64,000 nucleotides of DNA from Planctomycetota bacterium (GTDB taxonomy: Bacteria > Planctomycetota > UBA1135 > UBA2386), in contig JBFWWV010000029.1 in the NCBI GenBank assembly GCA_050245995.1, forward strand, positions 14,652 through 78,651, in the 5' to 3' direction. The position numbers and the translations under genes are program-made. Every line of letters begins with the position of its first letter. Position 1 is the first letter of the stretch. Positions 20,903 to 29,696 of the stretch are shown one piece after another. Below the pieces are notes generated by a model, which did no database searches, was not told the DNA's origin, and saw only the letters and a program-made list of their open reading frames with translations.

Positions 20903-22338
20903 GTCGCCGCCCCGGGGGACGCCGCGCGCTGCCCGCGCTGCTGCTCGCGCTCGCGGCGCTGGCGGCGCCCGCCCGCGCGCAGCTCGACCGCCACGAGCTC
21001 GGCCTGCGCCTCTGCGCGTTCGAACGCGAGCTCGACGCCACGGCCGATCCCGAGCGGCGCGACCGCGCGCTGCAGGAGCTGGCGCGGGCGGTGCGCGCGT
21101 TCTTCGGCCTCGCGCCGGCCGCGGTGGCAGTCGCGATCGACGACGCGACCTGGGCGCTGCGCGGCGTGGCCCCGAGCCCCGAGCAGCGCTGGGCCGCGGC
21201 GCTGCAGCTGCGCCTCGCGCGGCGACTGGTCGCGCGCGGCTCTGGCACCGTCGTGGTCCACGTCGGCGACGCGTTCCTCGCGCCGCGCGTCCCGGGCCCG
21301 CCGCGGCAGCGGCCCGACGGCGCGACGCTGGAGGTCACCGTCGGCGACGGCCCCGTGCAGGCCTTCGCGCTCGACGAGCTGCCGTGCACGCTGGCGCTGG
21401 CGCTGCAGGGCGTCCCCGCCGGCGACCTGCCGCTGCGCTGGCGCGTCCGCAGCGGCGACACGACCTGGATCGAACGGCAGCAAGGCGTGTCCGTCGCCGA
21501 GGACCTCGCCGCGCGCCTCGACCGGATCGACGAGCCGCCGCCGCACGCGCTGCCAGCGCTCGAGGCGGCGACGCTGCCGCACCTCGCCCGCCTCGTGCGC
21601 GGCATGACGCGGCCGCGCGCGGGCGAGACCGTGCTGCCCGGCGCCCGGCTGCTGGCCGAGGCCGAGGCGCTGCGGCAGCTGCCCGAAGGCGGCGCCTGGT
21701 ACGGACCGACGCGGCCCGGCGACTTCTGGCTGCGGGTGCCGCTGGGACCCGGTCCCGACGCCGAGGTCGCGACGGTCCGGCTGGTGGTGCCCGCCGGCCT
21801 CCGCGCCGACCGCCCGGTCCCGCTGGTGCTGGCGCTGCACGGCGCCGGCGGCTCCGAGAACCTGTTCTGCGACGGCTACGGCGACGGTGCGATCGTCGCG
21901 CGCTGCGCCGAGCGCGGCTGGATCCTGTGCGCGCCGCGCTCGTCGGGCTTCGGCGGGGTCGATGCGGCGGCCCTGGCCGCAGCACTCGCGAAGCGGTTCC
22001 CGGTCGACCTCGAGCGCACGGTCCTGGTCGGCCACAGCATGGGCGCGATGCAGGCAACCGGCCGCGCCGTCGCCGCGCCGCGCCGGTTCGCCGCCGTGGC
22101 CGCGCTCGGCGGCGGCGGCGCCGTGCGCGCCGCGGCAGGCCTCACCGAGCTGCCGTTCCTGGTCGCGACCGGCGGCCGCGACTTCGCGCGCGACGGCGCC
22201 CTGGCCCTGGCCGAGGCGCTGCGCGCCCTCGGCACGCCGGTCGAGGTCTGGGACGAACCCGCGGTCGAGCACCTGTCGGTCGTGCAGCTGGCGCTGCCGA
22301 CGGTGTTCGCGTTCTTCGACCGGGTGCTGGCGCGCTGA
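20899..22338 (+). CDS. Secreted alpha/beta-hydrolase (esterase-like C-terminal domain)
   Basis: Signal peptide; PLVLALHGAGGSE, nucleophile elbow GHSMG, FLVATGGRD, EHL. Confidence 0.8.
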   Translation: MSRRPGGRRALPALLLALAALAAPARAQLDRHELGLRLCAFERELDATADPERRDRALQELARAVRAFFGLAPAAVAVAIDDATWALRGVAPSPEQRWAAALQLRLARRLVARGSGTVVVHVGDAFLAPRVPGPPRQRPDGATLEVTVGDGPVQAFALDELPCTLALALQGVPAGDLPLRWRVRSGDTTWIERQQGVSVAEDLAARLDRIDEPPPHALPALEAATLPHLARLVRGMTRPRAGETVLPGARLLAEAEALRQLPEGGAWYGPTRPGDFWLRVPLGPGPDAEVATVRLVVPAGLRADRPVPLVLALHGAGGSENLFCDGYGDGAIVARCAERGWILCAPRSSGFGGVDAAALAAALAKRFPVDLERTVLVGHSMGAMQATGRAVAAPRRFAAVAALGGGGAVRAAAGLTELPFLVATGGRDFARDGALALAEALRALGTPVEVWDEPAVEHLSVVQLALPTVFAFFDRVLAR

Positions 22339-22465
22339 TCCGCGTCGCGACCGCGCGCGCGGCGCGAGGATGCGGCCGCAGGGAAGTGCGGCCCCGTTGC
22401 GACGCGAGCCGCGAAAGCCGGACAGGGGCTCGACCCCGCGCCGCGACGTGGCAGACTCGCGGCCG

Positions 22466-24859
22466 ATGCGCCGAGGCACCGCGTCCCTGCTGCTGAACGT
22501 GCTCGCGCTGGCCGCGCGCGCGCTGGCCCTGCTCGTCGCGGCCGGCCCCGCGAACGCCCAGGCCCCGGCCTGGGACGTGCCGGAGGCCGGCGCGCTCCAG
22601 TACGAACGCACCGTCGAGCGCTTCACCGTGGCGCCGCCCGCCGCGTTCTTCGAGCCGCTGATCCGCGGCGGCGAGGACGGCGGCCACGAGTGGCGCATGC
22701 TCGCCTGCGAGGTCGGCGCCGAGCCGAGCGGCTGGGAGCAACCGGGCTTCGACGACTCGGGCTGGGAGCGCGGCCGGACGGCGTTCGGCACCGACGTCGG
22801 CAAACGGCCGGGCCAGCGCACGCGTTGGGATCGCACCGTGCTGCTGCTGCGCACCACCGTCGACCTGGGCCGCAAGCGGCCGCGCGCGCTGCTGGTGCGC
22901 GCCGACCACGACGACACGTTCCGGCTCTTCGTGCACGGCGCGCTGGCCGTCGAGGAGCCGAAGTTCGGCCGCGACAAGGCCTACGTCATCGCCGGCGACG
23001 CCCTGAAGGCGAACAAGGCCGGACCCGCCGTGATCGCCGTGCGCTGCGAGAACACCGGCGGCGCGCAGGACCTCGACCTGTCGATCGAGGCGCTGACCAA
23101 GGCGCCACCCGGCGGCCGCGGCCAGGGCGACCGCGACGCGACGGTCGCGGAGCTGGGGGCCGCCGCCGGCCGCGCGCGCCGCGCGCTGTTCGGCGAGATG
23201 CTGGCGCCGGGCCTCGTGCTGCACGGCGAACTCGGCGCCGATCGGCAGCGGCCGGAGATGCCGCCCGTCGACCTGCGCGAGGTGCCGTTCTGGATCGCCT
23301 GCGACCTGTTCAAGCACGGCGCCGGCGGCAGCTACCAGCGCGACATCCCGCGCATGTACCGGCTCGGCGACCTGGTCGCGCGCGGCCGCTTCGGCGCCGC
23401 CGACGCCCAGGGCTGGCAGGTGATCGAGCTCGAGATCGCCACGGCCAAGGCCCTGGACCCGCAGGGTCAGAGCAAACGCTACCTGGCCGAGCACGTGTTG
23501 CCGTCGGTGGTCTACGACTTCCGCGGCGCGCTCGAGCTGCGCCGGCAGGTGCAGCGCACCGAGGCGGGTGCGCGGGTGGTCGCGGTCGAGGCAGCGCTGC
23601 GCGGCACCCTGTTCGACGGCGACGACCGGCGCCAGGCGGTCGGCGAGCTCGAGTTCGTCGAGCGCTATCGCTTCACCGGCGCGCGCGCCAACCAGGACGC
23701 GGAGTTCCGCGCGCTGGTGCGCACCGCGATCGACCGCGGCACGAAGTGGCTGCGGCAGGAGATGGCGACCCTGCCCGGCACCGAGTTCCCGGCGAAGGTC
23801 ACCGGCGAGGGCAACGGCCGCCGGACCTACGGCAGCGGCCGGCTGGCGCTCGGCCTGCAGGCGCTGCTGCGCGGCGGCCTGCCGGTCACCGACGACGTCG
23901 TCGCCGCGGCGCGGCGCGAGCTGGCCGCGCGCACGCTGGTCGACACCTACGCGCTCGGCTCGGCGCTGATGGCGCTCGAGGCCTGCTACGCGCCGCCGAA
24001 CGAGATCGCCGACATCCTGCAGGGGCTCGCCCAGCAGGGCGCGCGACGAACCGTCACCGCCGACGACCGCGCGCTGCTGCAGGAGTGGCTGACGCTGCTG
24101 GTCGACAACGTCGACACCCGCGTCGACCCCGAGCACCTGGTCCGGTTCAACTACGTGCGCGCCGGCCGCTTCGACCAGTCGGTCAACCAGTACGGCCTGC
24201 TCGGCACCTACGCGGCGCACCTGTGCGGCCTGCAGCGCACGGCGGCCTGGTGGCAGGCCGCGGCCAACCACCTGATGGCGGCGCAGTGCGACCCCGGCCC
24301 GCCGGTGCGGCTGGCGCTGTGCGACTACGCCGAGCTGCTGCGGCGATCGACCGGCGACGCCGAGGCCGCGCCGAACTCGGTCCTGATCGCGCCGGCCGGC
24401 TGGAACTACGAGGAGCCGCGCTCCAACGGCGAAGACCGCCCGAGCTGGGGCGCGATGACCTGCGCCGGCATCACCGGGCTGGCGATCTGCGAGGCGGCGC
24501 TGCGCGACCTCGGCGTCGACCACCAGAAGCAGCTGGAGCCGATCGCCGCGGCGCGCGCCTCCGGCTTCGCCTGGATGGCCGAGCACCTGACCGTGCGCCA
24601 CCACCCCGGCACGATCCACCAGCAGCACAACCACTACTACTACTATCTGTACGGCCTCGAACGCGCGTGCCTGCTGTCGGGCATCGCGCGCATCCAGGAG
24701 CGCGACTGGTACTTCGAGGGCGCGATGATGCTGGCGCTGCTGCAGCGGCCGGACGGCAGCTGGCCCGGCGACATCTACGGCGAGAACGCGTTCGAGCGCG
24801 CGGCGATGGCGGTGCTGTTCCTGGCCAAGAGCACGCCGCCGGTGCTCACCGGTCGATGA
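22466..24859 (+). CDS. Secreted multidomain protein: galactose-binding-like domain plus prenyltransferase/squalene-oxidase-like helical toroid
   Basis: W..PGFDDSGWERGRTAFG and HDDTFRLFVHG N-domain; C-terminal YYYYLYGLERA..DWYFEGA..LQRPDGSW. Confidence 0.7.
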   Translation: MRRGTASLLLNVLALAARALALLVAAGPANAQAPAWDVPEAGALQYERTVERFTVAPPAAFFEPLIRGGEDGGHEWRMLACEVGAEPSGWEQPGFDDSGWERGRTAFGTDVGKRPGQRTRWDRTVLLLRTTVDLGRKRPRALLVRADHDDTFRLFVHGALAVEEPKFGRDKAYVIAGDALKANKAGPAVIAVRCENTGGAQDLDLSIEALTKAPPGGRGQGDRDATVAELGAAAGRARRALFGEMLAPGLVLHGELGADRQRPEMPPVDLREVPFWIACDLFKHGAGGSYQRDIPRMYRLGDLVARGRFGAADAQGWQVIELEIATAKALDPQGQSKRYLAEHVLPSVVYDFRGALELRRQVQRTEAGARVVAVEAALRGTLFDGDDRRQAVGELEFVERYRFTGARANQDAEFRALVRTAIDRGTKWLRQEMATLPGTEFPAKVTGEGNGRRTYGSGRLALGLQALLRGGLPVTDDVVAAARRELAARTLVDTYALGSALMALEACYAPPNEIADILQGLAQQGARRTVTADDRALLQEWLTLLVDNVDTRVDPEHLVRFNYVRAGRFDQSVNQYGLLGTYAAHLCGLQRTAAWWQAAANHLMAAQCDPGPPVRLALCDYAELLRRSTGDAEAAPNSVLIAPAGWNYEEPRSNGEDRPSWGAMTCAGITGLAICEAALRDLGVDHQKQLEPIAAARASGFAWMAEHLTVRHHPGTIHQQHNHYYYYLYGLERACLLSGIARIQERDWYFEGAMMLALLQRPDGSWPGDIYGENAFERAAMAVLFLAKSTPPVLTGR

Positions 24860-25458
24860 GCGGCGGCGCGGCGCGGGTGCTGTTGGCGCTGCTCGCCGCC
24901 TGCTCGGCAGCGCCGGCGCCGGCGCCGTGGCGCCCGGTCACCGCGTGGCGCCCGGTGGTGTTCGGCGGCGACGGCGAGGTGCGTGCCGACGGCGAGGCGC
25001 TGGTGCTGGAGCCCGGCAATCCGCTGACCGGGGTGGTCTTCGACGCCGCGCTGCCGACCGCCGACTACGAGGTCGAGCTGCTGGCGACGCGCGCCGGCGG
25101 CGTCGACTTCTTCTGCGCGCTGACGGTGCCGACCGCGCGCGGCAACCTGAGCCTGGTGCTCGGCGGCTGGGGCGGCGCGGTGTGCGGCCTGTCGAGCCTC
25201 GACGGCCGCGACGCCGCGCGCAACGAGACGCGCACGCTGCGCCACTTCGAACCGGACCGCCCCTACCGCGTGCGCCTGCGGGTCCTGCGCGACCGCGTCC
25301 AGGCCTTCGTCGACGACGCGCCGCTGCTCGGCGCCGACCTCACCGGCCGCGAGGTGGGCGTCCGCGTCGAGCTCGACCTGTGCCAGCCGTTCGGCTACGC
25401 GACCTACCAGACGGCGGCGATCGTGCGCGACGTGCGCTGGCGCCCGCTCGGGCCGTGA
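24856..25458 (+). CDS. Lipoprotein, DUF1080/3-keto-disaccharide hydrolase-like
   Basis: Lipobox LAAC; GNPLTGV, DYEVELLATRAGGVDFFCALTVP, LVLGGWGGAVCGLSSLDG. Confidence 0.75.
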   Translation: MSGGAARVLLALLAACSAAPAPAPWRPVTAWRPVVFGGDGEVRADGEALVLEPGNPLTGVVFDAALPTADYEVELLATRAGGVDFFCALTVPTARGNLSLVLGGWGGAVCGLSSLDGRDAARNETRTLRHFEPDRPYRVRLRVLRDRVQAFVDDAPLLGADLTGREVGVRVELDLCQPFGYATYQTAAIVRDVRWRPLGP

Positions 25459-25480
25459 GCGCCGCGCCGCGGCCCGTGGC

Positions 25481-25708
25481 TCAGGGCAGCTCGGCCTCGC
25501 CGTCGACGGAGCGCCGCCGCGCCAGCGCCTCGTCGGCGGCCAGGCTCTCGGCGGCCTGGATCGCGAAGTGGCGGTAGCGCACCAGCACCTTCGGGTTGCC
25601 CGCGACGTAGATGCGCCACCAGTAGCGACCGGCCAGCCACTCGGGCCGGACCTCGTAGGAGACGCCGTCGCGGTCGGCGTGCAGGGACACGGGCTCGCTC
25701 ATCATCAC
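25481..25708 (-). CDS. Small hypothetical protein (75 aa)
   Basis: Fills the gap after the upstream lipoprotein gene; coding-like codon usage. Confidence 0.55.
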   Translation of the reverse strand: MMMSEPVSLHADRDGVSYEVRPEWLAGRYWWRIYVAGNPKVLVRYRHFAIQAAESLAADEALARRRSVDGEAELP

Positions 25709-25721
25709 GCGCTCATCCGGC

Positions 25722-26375
25722 TCAAAGGGCCGCCACCGCCACCAAGAACAGGGTGGCCGAACCGAGGAAGCGCCCGAACTGCGACAGCTGGTCGAAGCTG
25801 CCGACCGACAGCGTCTTCTGCAGCAGGGTCTCGCCGCCGCCGGCGTCGGTGCGCACCGTCAGCACGTACACTCCGCGCAGCGGGTCCTCGTCGGGACCGA
25901 CGCCGGCGACGTGCACGAGCACGTCGAAGTGCGCGCCCGAGTTGGGCGCCAGCAGCGCCACGGTCTCGCCGCCGTCGGTCGCCCGCAGCGCGTCGGCCCC
26001 GGATGCCCCGGCCCCGGATGCCCCGGCCCCGGATTCCTCTGCGTTGGGCCGCCGCTCGAGCGAGAACATGCCGAGCCGCACCGGCCAGCTCTCGTCGGTG
26101 CCGTTCCAGGCCAGGAACGGCAGCCGGAACCGCAGCGCGCGGCACGGCGCACCGCCACCCGGCGGCGGTTCGGCGAGGCACAGGGCGCCCGGCACGCGGA
26201 ACTCGCCCGGCGGCACCTCGACCACGTCGAGCTGCACGGTCTCCAGGCGCAGGCGCACGTAGCGCGCGCCCGCGCCCTCGAAGCCGAGGTCCGGGTCGGC
26301 GACCAGGACGCCGGTCGTGCACGACGAGAAGCCGAGCAGCGCGAACAACAGCAGGGATCGGGCCAAGGTCACCAT
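25722..26375 (-). CDS. Hypothetical lipoprotein with C-terminal hydrophobic tail
   Basis: MVTLARSLLLFALLGFSSC lipobox; internal 15-bp x3 repeat (SGAGA); start overlaps upstream stop. Confidence 0.7.
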   Translation of the reverse strand: MVTLARSLLLFALLGFSSCTTGVLVADPDLGFEGAGARYVRLRLETVQLDVVEVPPGEFRVPGALCLAEPPPGGGAPCRALRFRLPFLAWNGTDESWPVRLGMFSLERRPNAEESGAGASGAGASGADALRATDGGETVALLAPNSGAHFDVLVHVAGVGPDEDPLRGVYVLTVRTDAGGGETLLQKTLSVGSFDQLSQFGRFLGSATLFLVAVAAL

Positions 26376-27382
26376 CGCCAGTGCGAGTTGGAGAACAGGG
26401 TGTAGACGTCGAAGCTGACGCGCAGCCCGTAGGTCGGGCCGAAGTCGGTGCTGTTGGCGAAGTCGTTCCAGGTCTCGAACCGCAGCCCGGTCGCCCACTG
26501 CACGTAGAGCCCGGCGAACCAGATGTCGACCGGCTCGCCGGCGCGCTGGAAGAAGCCGGTGTCGTACGACGCGCTGAGGCCGAACTCCGGGTTGCCGAGG
26601 AACTGCAGCACCGGGTTGCCGGAGTCGACGCGCGGCGGCACCAGACCGAGCCGCACCTCGGTGACGTTCGAGAAGTCGGCGACGTCGGCCCAGGCGTTGC
26701 CCGGCTCGTTCCAGCTCGACCGGTTGGCCACGGTCAGCCGCAGGTGGCGGTCGAACACGAACGTCTCGGGCACCAGCAGCGACCCGCCGGCGTGCACCAC
26801 CGCCTCGTGGTACAGCGTGCTCGTGCCGGCACCGAGCCCGAAGAACATCCGCGTGCGCCAGCCGACCGGATCCTCGATCGTGCCGTCGCCGAACAGGCGC
26901 GGCCCGTCGAGCCACTTGGTCAAGGTCGCGCTCGCGGCGTACTCGGTCTCCTCGCGCACCGCCGCGACCGGCACCGCCGCCTGGCCGAGGATCTCGTGCA
27001 CGTAGTCGTTCTGCAGGAAGCGCGTCGGCTGGTCGCCGCTGTGGCCGACGCCGCCGGTGACCGTGACGAACAGGTCGGGGTCGCGCGGCGTGTTCTCGGT
27101 CCAGCTCAGCGACAGCAGGTTGAAGCCGGTGGTCTCGGTGATCTCGTTGAAGCGCTGGCCCGTCTTGCTGAACTCGGTGAACCGGTTCAGGTGCCACGCG
27201 AGCCGCAGCTCCGGACGATCGGACGGCAGGATGCCGCCGCCCCAGTGGGCCTCGGGCATCAGGCTCTGCGCGCGCAGGTCGGCGCCGGTACCCACGGCGC
27301 CGCACAGCGCGAACGCGGCCGCCAGCGGGGCCTTGTCGCGGCGGGACGGGGTCTGGGTCGCGCGCGGCAGCGGGGAATGCAA
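26369..27382 (-). CDS. Probable outer-membrane beta-barrel protein (weak LpxR-like resemblance)
   Basis: Signal-like N-terminus, alternating beta strands, aromatic-rich C-terminus; GHSGDQPTRFLQNDYVHEILG. Confidence 0.6.
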   Translation of the reverse strand: MHSPLPRATQTPSRRDKAPLAAAFALCGAVGTGADLRAQSLMPEAHWGGGILPSDRPELRLAWHLNRFTEFSKTGQRFNEITETTGFNLLSLSWTENTPRDPDLFVTVTGGVGHSGDQPTRFLQNDYVHEILGQAAVPVAAVREETEYAASATLTKWLDGPRLFGDGTIEDPVGWRTRMFFGLGAGTSTLYHEAVVHAGGSLLVPETFVFDRHLRLTVANRSSWNEPGNAWADVADFSNVTEVRLGLVPPRVDSGNPVLQFLGNPEFGLSASYDTGFFQRAGEPVDIWFAGLYVQWATGLRFETWNDFANSTDFGPTYGLRVSFDVYTLFSNSHWRW

Positions 27383-27544
27383 CGGCTGCCCCTACGCGAC
27401 GATGCACGCGCCCGGTCGCGAATGTCCGGGGCCCGGCAAAGTTCACCCGGTACCGCTCCGACTTCGCCGGACCGCGTGACCGGGATCCTGGCAGGTCGTG
27501 CCAGCGAGGCGCGGGGCGACGCAGCGCCCCGCGCCTCGATCGCG

Positions 27545-27886
27545 TCACCGGACCTTCGCCGGCTCCTTCGCCTCCTTCAGTGCCATCAACATGTCGTCGA
27601 CGTCGACCTTGGCCTGGTCGTAGGTCACGTCGAACTCGCGCTTGCCGACCTCGATCGCGATCGAGCTCACGCCGGGCAGCTTCTGCAGGGCGCCACGCAC
27701 GGTGGCGACACAGCCGCCTCAAGGCGTCTTGTCGAGGATCAGCATCGCCTGCGACTCGGCGCCGGCGGTCACGCCGGGGGTCGCCGGCTGGGCGGGCTCG
27801 GCCGTGCAGGACGGCAGGCCCAGCGCCGCGGCGGCGCACAGGGCCAGGGTCGGACCCAACAGGCCCGAAACGGAACGGATCTGCAT
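27545..27886 (-). CDS. Candidate selenoprotein: lipoprotein with heavy-metal-associated (HMA/MerP/CopZ-like) domain, UGGC motif (113 aa)
   Basis: AAAGGAG RBS; lipobox LPSC27; in-frame TGA at 27719-27721 (codon 56), then GGCVATVRGALQKLPGVSSIAIEVGKREFDVTYDQAKVDVDDMLMALKEA continuing an HMA fold to the stop at 27545. Confidence 0.8.
27691..27718 (-). promoter_or_regulatory. Putative bacterial SECIS element
   Basis: After UGA: 11-nt spacer, stem CGCCAC/GUGGCG, loop CGUGC beginning at +18 with G in second position. Confidence 0.65.
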
Positions 27887-28004
27887 CGAAGCTCCTTTCG
27901 CGGTGGAACGGATGGACGGCCGCCACTGCGGCGGCCGGCGGGGAATACGACCATCGCCGGCCTGCGGTTGCACCCGGTTCTCCCCTGCGGCACAACTCGG
28001 GACC

Positions 28005-29537
28005 ATGCCCGTCCCCCCCGTGCCCCGGCCGCAGCCCCCGCGTCGCGCGCGCCGCTGCGCCGCGGCGGCGCTGCTGCTGACGTTCGCCGCCGCCGGGACG
28101 GCGCAGGAGGCGGCACTGCCGATGCCGCCGCCGCTGCCGCACCGCGAGTTCCGCGCCGCCTGGGTCGCCACCGTCGACAACATCGACTGGCCCAGCCGCA
28201 AGGGGCTGCCGACCGCGGCCGCGCGCGCCGAGCTGCTGGCGCTGGTCGACGAGGCGTCGGCGCTCGGCCTCAACGCGCTGGTGTTCCAGGTGCGGCCGAG
28301 CGCCGACGCGTTCTATCGCAGCGAACGCGAGCCCTGGTCGGAGTGGCTGTGCGGCGCGCAGGGCCAGGCGCCGCAGCCGGCGTGGGACCCCCTGGCCGAG
28401 CTGCTCGACTACGCGCACCTGCAGGGCCTCGAGGTGCACGCGTGGTTCAACCCGTTCCGCGCGCGGCACCCGGCCGCGAAGTCGCCCGACGCCGCCGAGC
28501 ACGTGCTGCGGCGCATGCCCGATGCGTGCGTGACCTACGGGTCGTACCGCTGGATGGACCCGGGCGACCCACGCGCCGCCGACTGGTCGCTGGCGGTGAT
28601 CGCCGACGTCGTCGCGCGCTACGACGTCGATGGCATCCACCTCGACGACTACTTCTATCCGTACCCGGAGAAGGGCGCGCCGTTCCCCGACGAGGGCTCG
28701 TACCGCGGCTACCGCCAGGGCGGCGGCACGCTGGCGCGCGCCGACTGGCGCCGCGCCAACATCGACGCGTTCGTCTGGCGGCTGCAGCGCGACACCCACC
28801 AGCAGAAGGCCTGGGTCAAGGTCGGCATCAGCCCGTTCGGCATCGCCCGCCCCGGCGTGCCGCGCGGCATCCAGGCCGGCATCGACCAGTACGAGGAACT
28901 CGCCGCCGACGTGCTCGGCTGGCTGCAGCGCGGCGAGGTCGACTACCTGGCGCCGCAGCTGTACTGGCCGATCGACCAGGAGCCGCAGAGCTACGCCGTG
29001 CTGCTGCCGTGGTGGTGCGGCCAGAACACCGCGCGCCGCCACCTGTGGCCGGGCCTGTCCGCCGGCCGCGCGCTGGCCGCCAAGGCGCCGTGGCGAGCCG
29101 ACGAGCTCGGGCAGCAGATCGAGATGACGCGCGCGCAGACCGCGACGTCGCCGGGCCACGTGCTGTTCAGCTGGCGCGCGCTGCGCGCCGGCAGCCCGCA
29201 GCGCGATGCCCTGCGCGCGCAGCTGCGCGCCGTCTACCGCGAGGCCGCCGTGGTGCCGGCGTCGCCGTGGCTCGACGAGGACGCGCCGCTGCCGCAAGAG
29301 CCGCGGGTGACGCTGCAGCGCGACGGCGACCGCGTGCAGGCGCTGGTGACCTGCGACGACCGCGCGCGGTTCTGGTGCGCGCAGGTGCTGGTCGGTCCCC
29401 GCTGGCTGACGCTCTGCGTCCGCGGCGCGCGCTCGCCCGGCGTCGAGCTGCCGCCCGGCTGCAGCGCCGTCGCCGTGCGCGGGGTCGCGCCGAACGGGCT
29501 GCTCGGCGAACCGGCGGTGCTACCGGTGCCGCGCTGA
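28005..29537 (+). CDS. Glycosyl hydrolase-like 10 (YddW/DigH family) protein
   Basis: EFRAAWVATVDNIDWPS, FQVRPSADAFY, HAWFNPFR, YDVDGIHLDDYFYPYP, DYLAPQLYW. Confidence 0.92.
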   Translation: MPVPPVPRPQPPRRARRCAAAALLLTFAAAGTAQEAALPMPPPLPHREFRAAWVATVDNIDWPSRKGLPTAAARAELLALVDEASALGLNALVFQVRPSADAFYRSEREPWSEWLCGAQGQAPQPAWDPLAELLDYAHLQGLEVHAWFNPFRARHPAAKSPDAAEHVLRRMPDACVTYGSYRWMDPGDPRAADWSLAVIADVVARYDVDGIHLDDYFYPYPEKGAPFPDEGSYRGYRQGGGTLARADWRRANIDAFVWRLQRDTHQQKAWVKVGISPFGIARPGVPRGIQAGIDQYEELAADVLGWLQRGEVDYLAPQLYWPIDQEPQSYAVLLPWWCGQNTARRHLWPGLSAGRALAAKAPWRADELGQQIEMTRAQTATSPGHVLFSWRALRAGSPQRDALRAQLRAVYREAAVVPASPWLDEDAPLPQEPRVTLQRDGDRVQALVTCDDRARFWCAQVLVGPRWLTLCVRGARSPGVELPPGCSAVAVRGVAPNGLLGEPAVLPVPR

Positions 29538-29631
29538 GCTCGCCCGGCGCGGCGCCCGTCAGTCGTACTGCATCGATGCGAGCATCGTCCCCGAGGCATG
29601 GAACGTCGGTGCGACCCCGGCCTTCGTCGTT

Positions 29632-29659
29632 GAGCTGCGGCGCGCAGCGCCGTCAGCTC
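29632..29659. terminator. Strong hairpin between convergent genes (GCA triloop, same as family A units)
   Basis: GAGCTG-CGGCGC-GCA-GCGCCG-T-CAGCTC; no U-tract. Confidence 0.4.
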
Positions 29660-29696
29660 CAACCGTGGCGGGCCAAGCCGCCGCCTCGGCCGTTCC

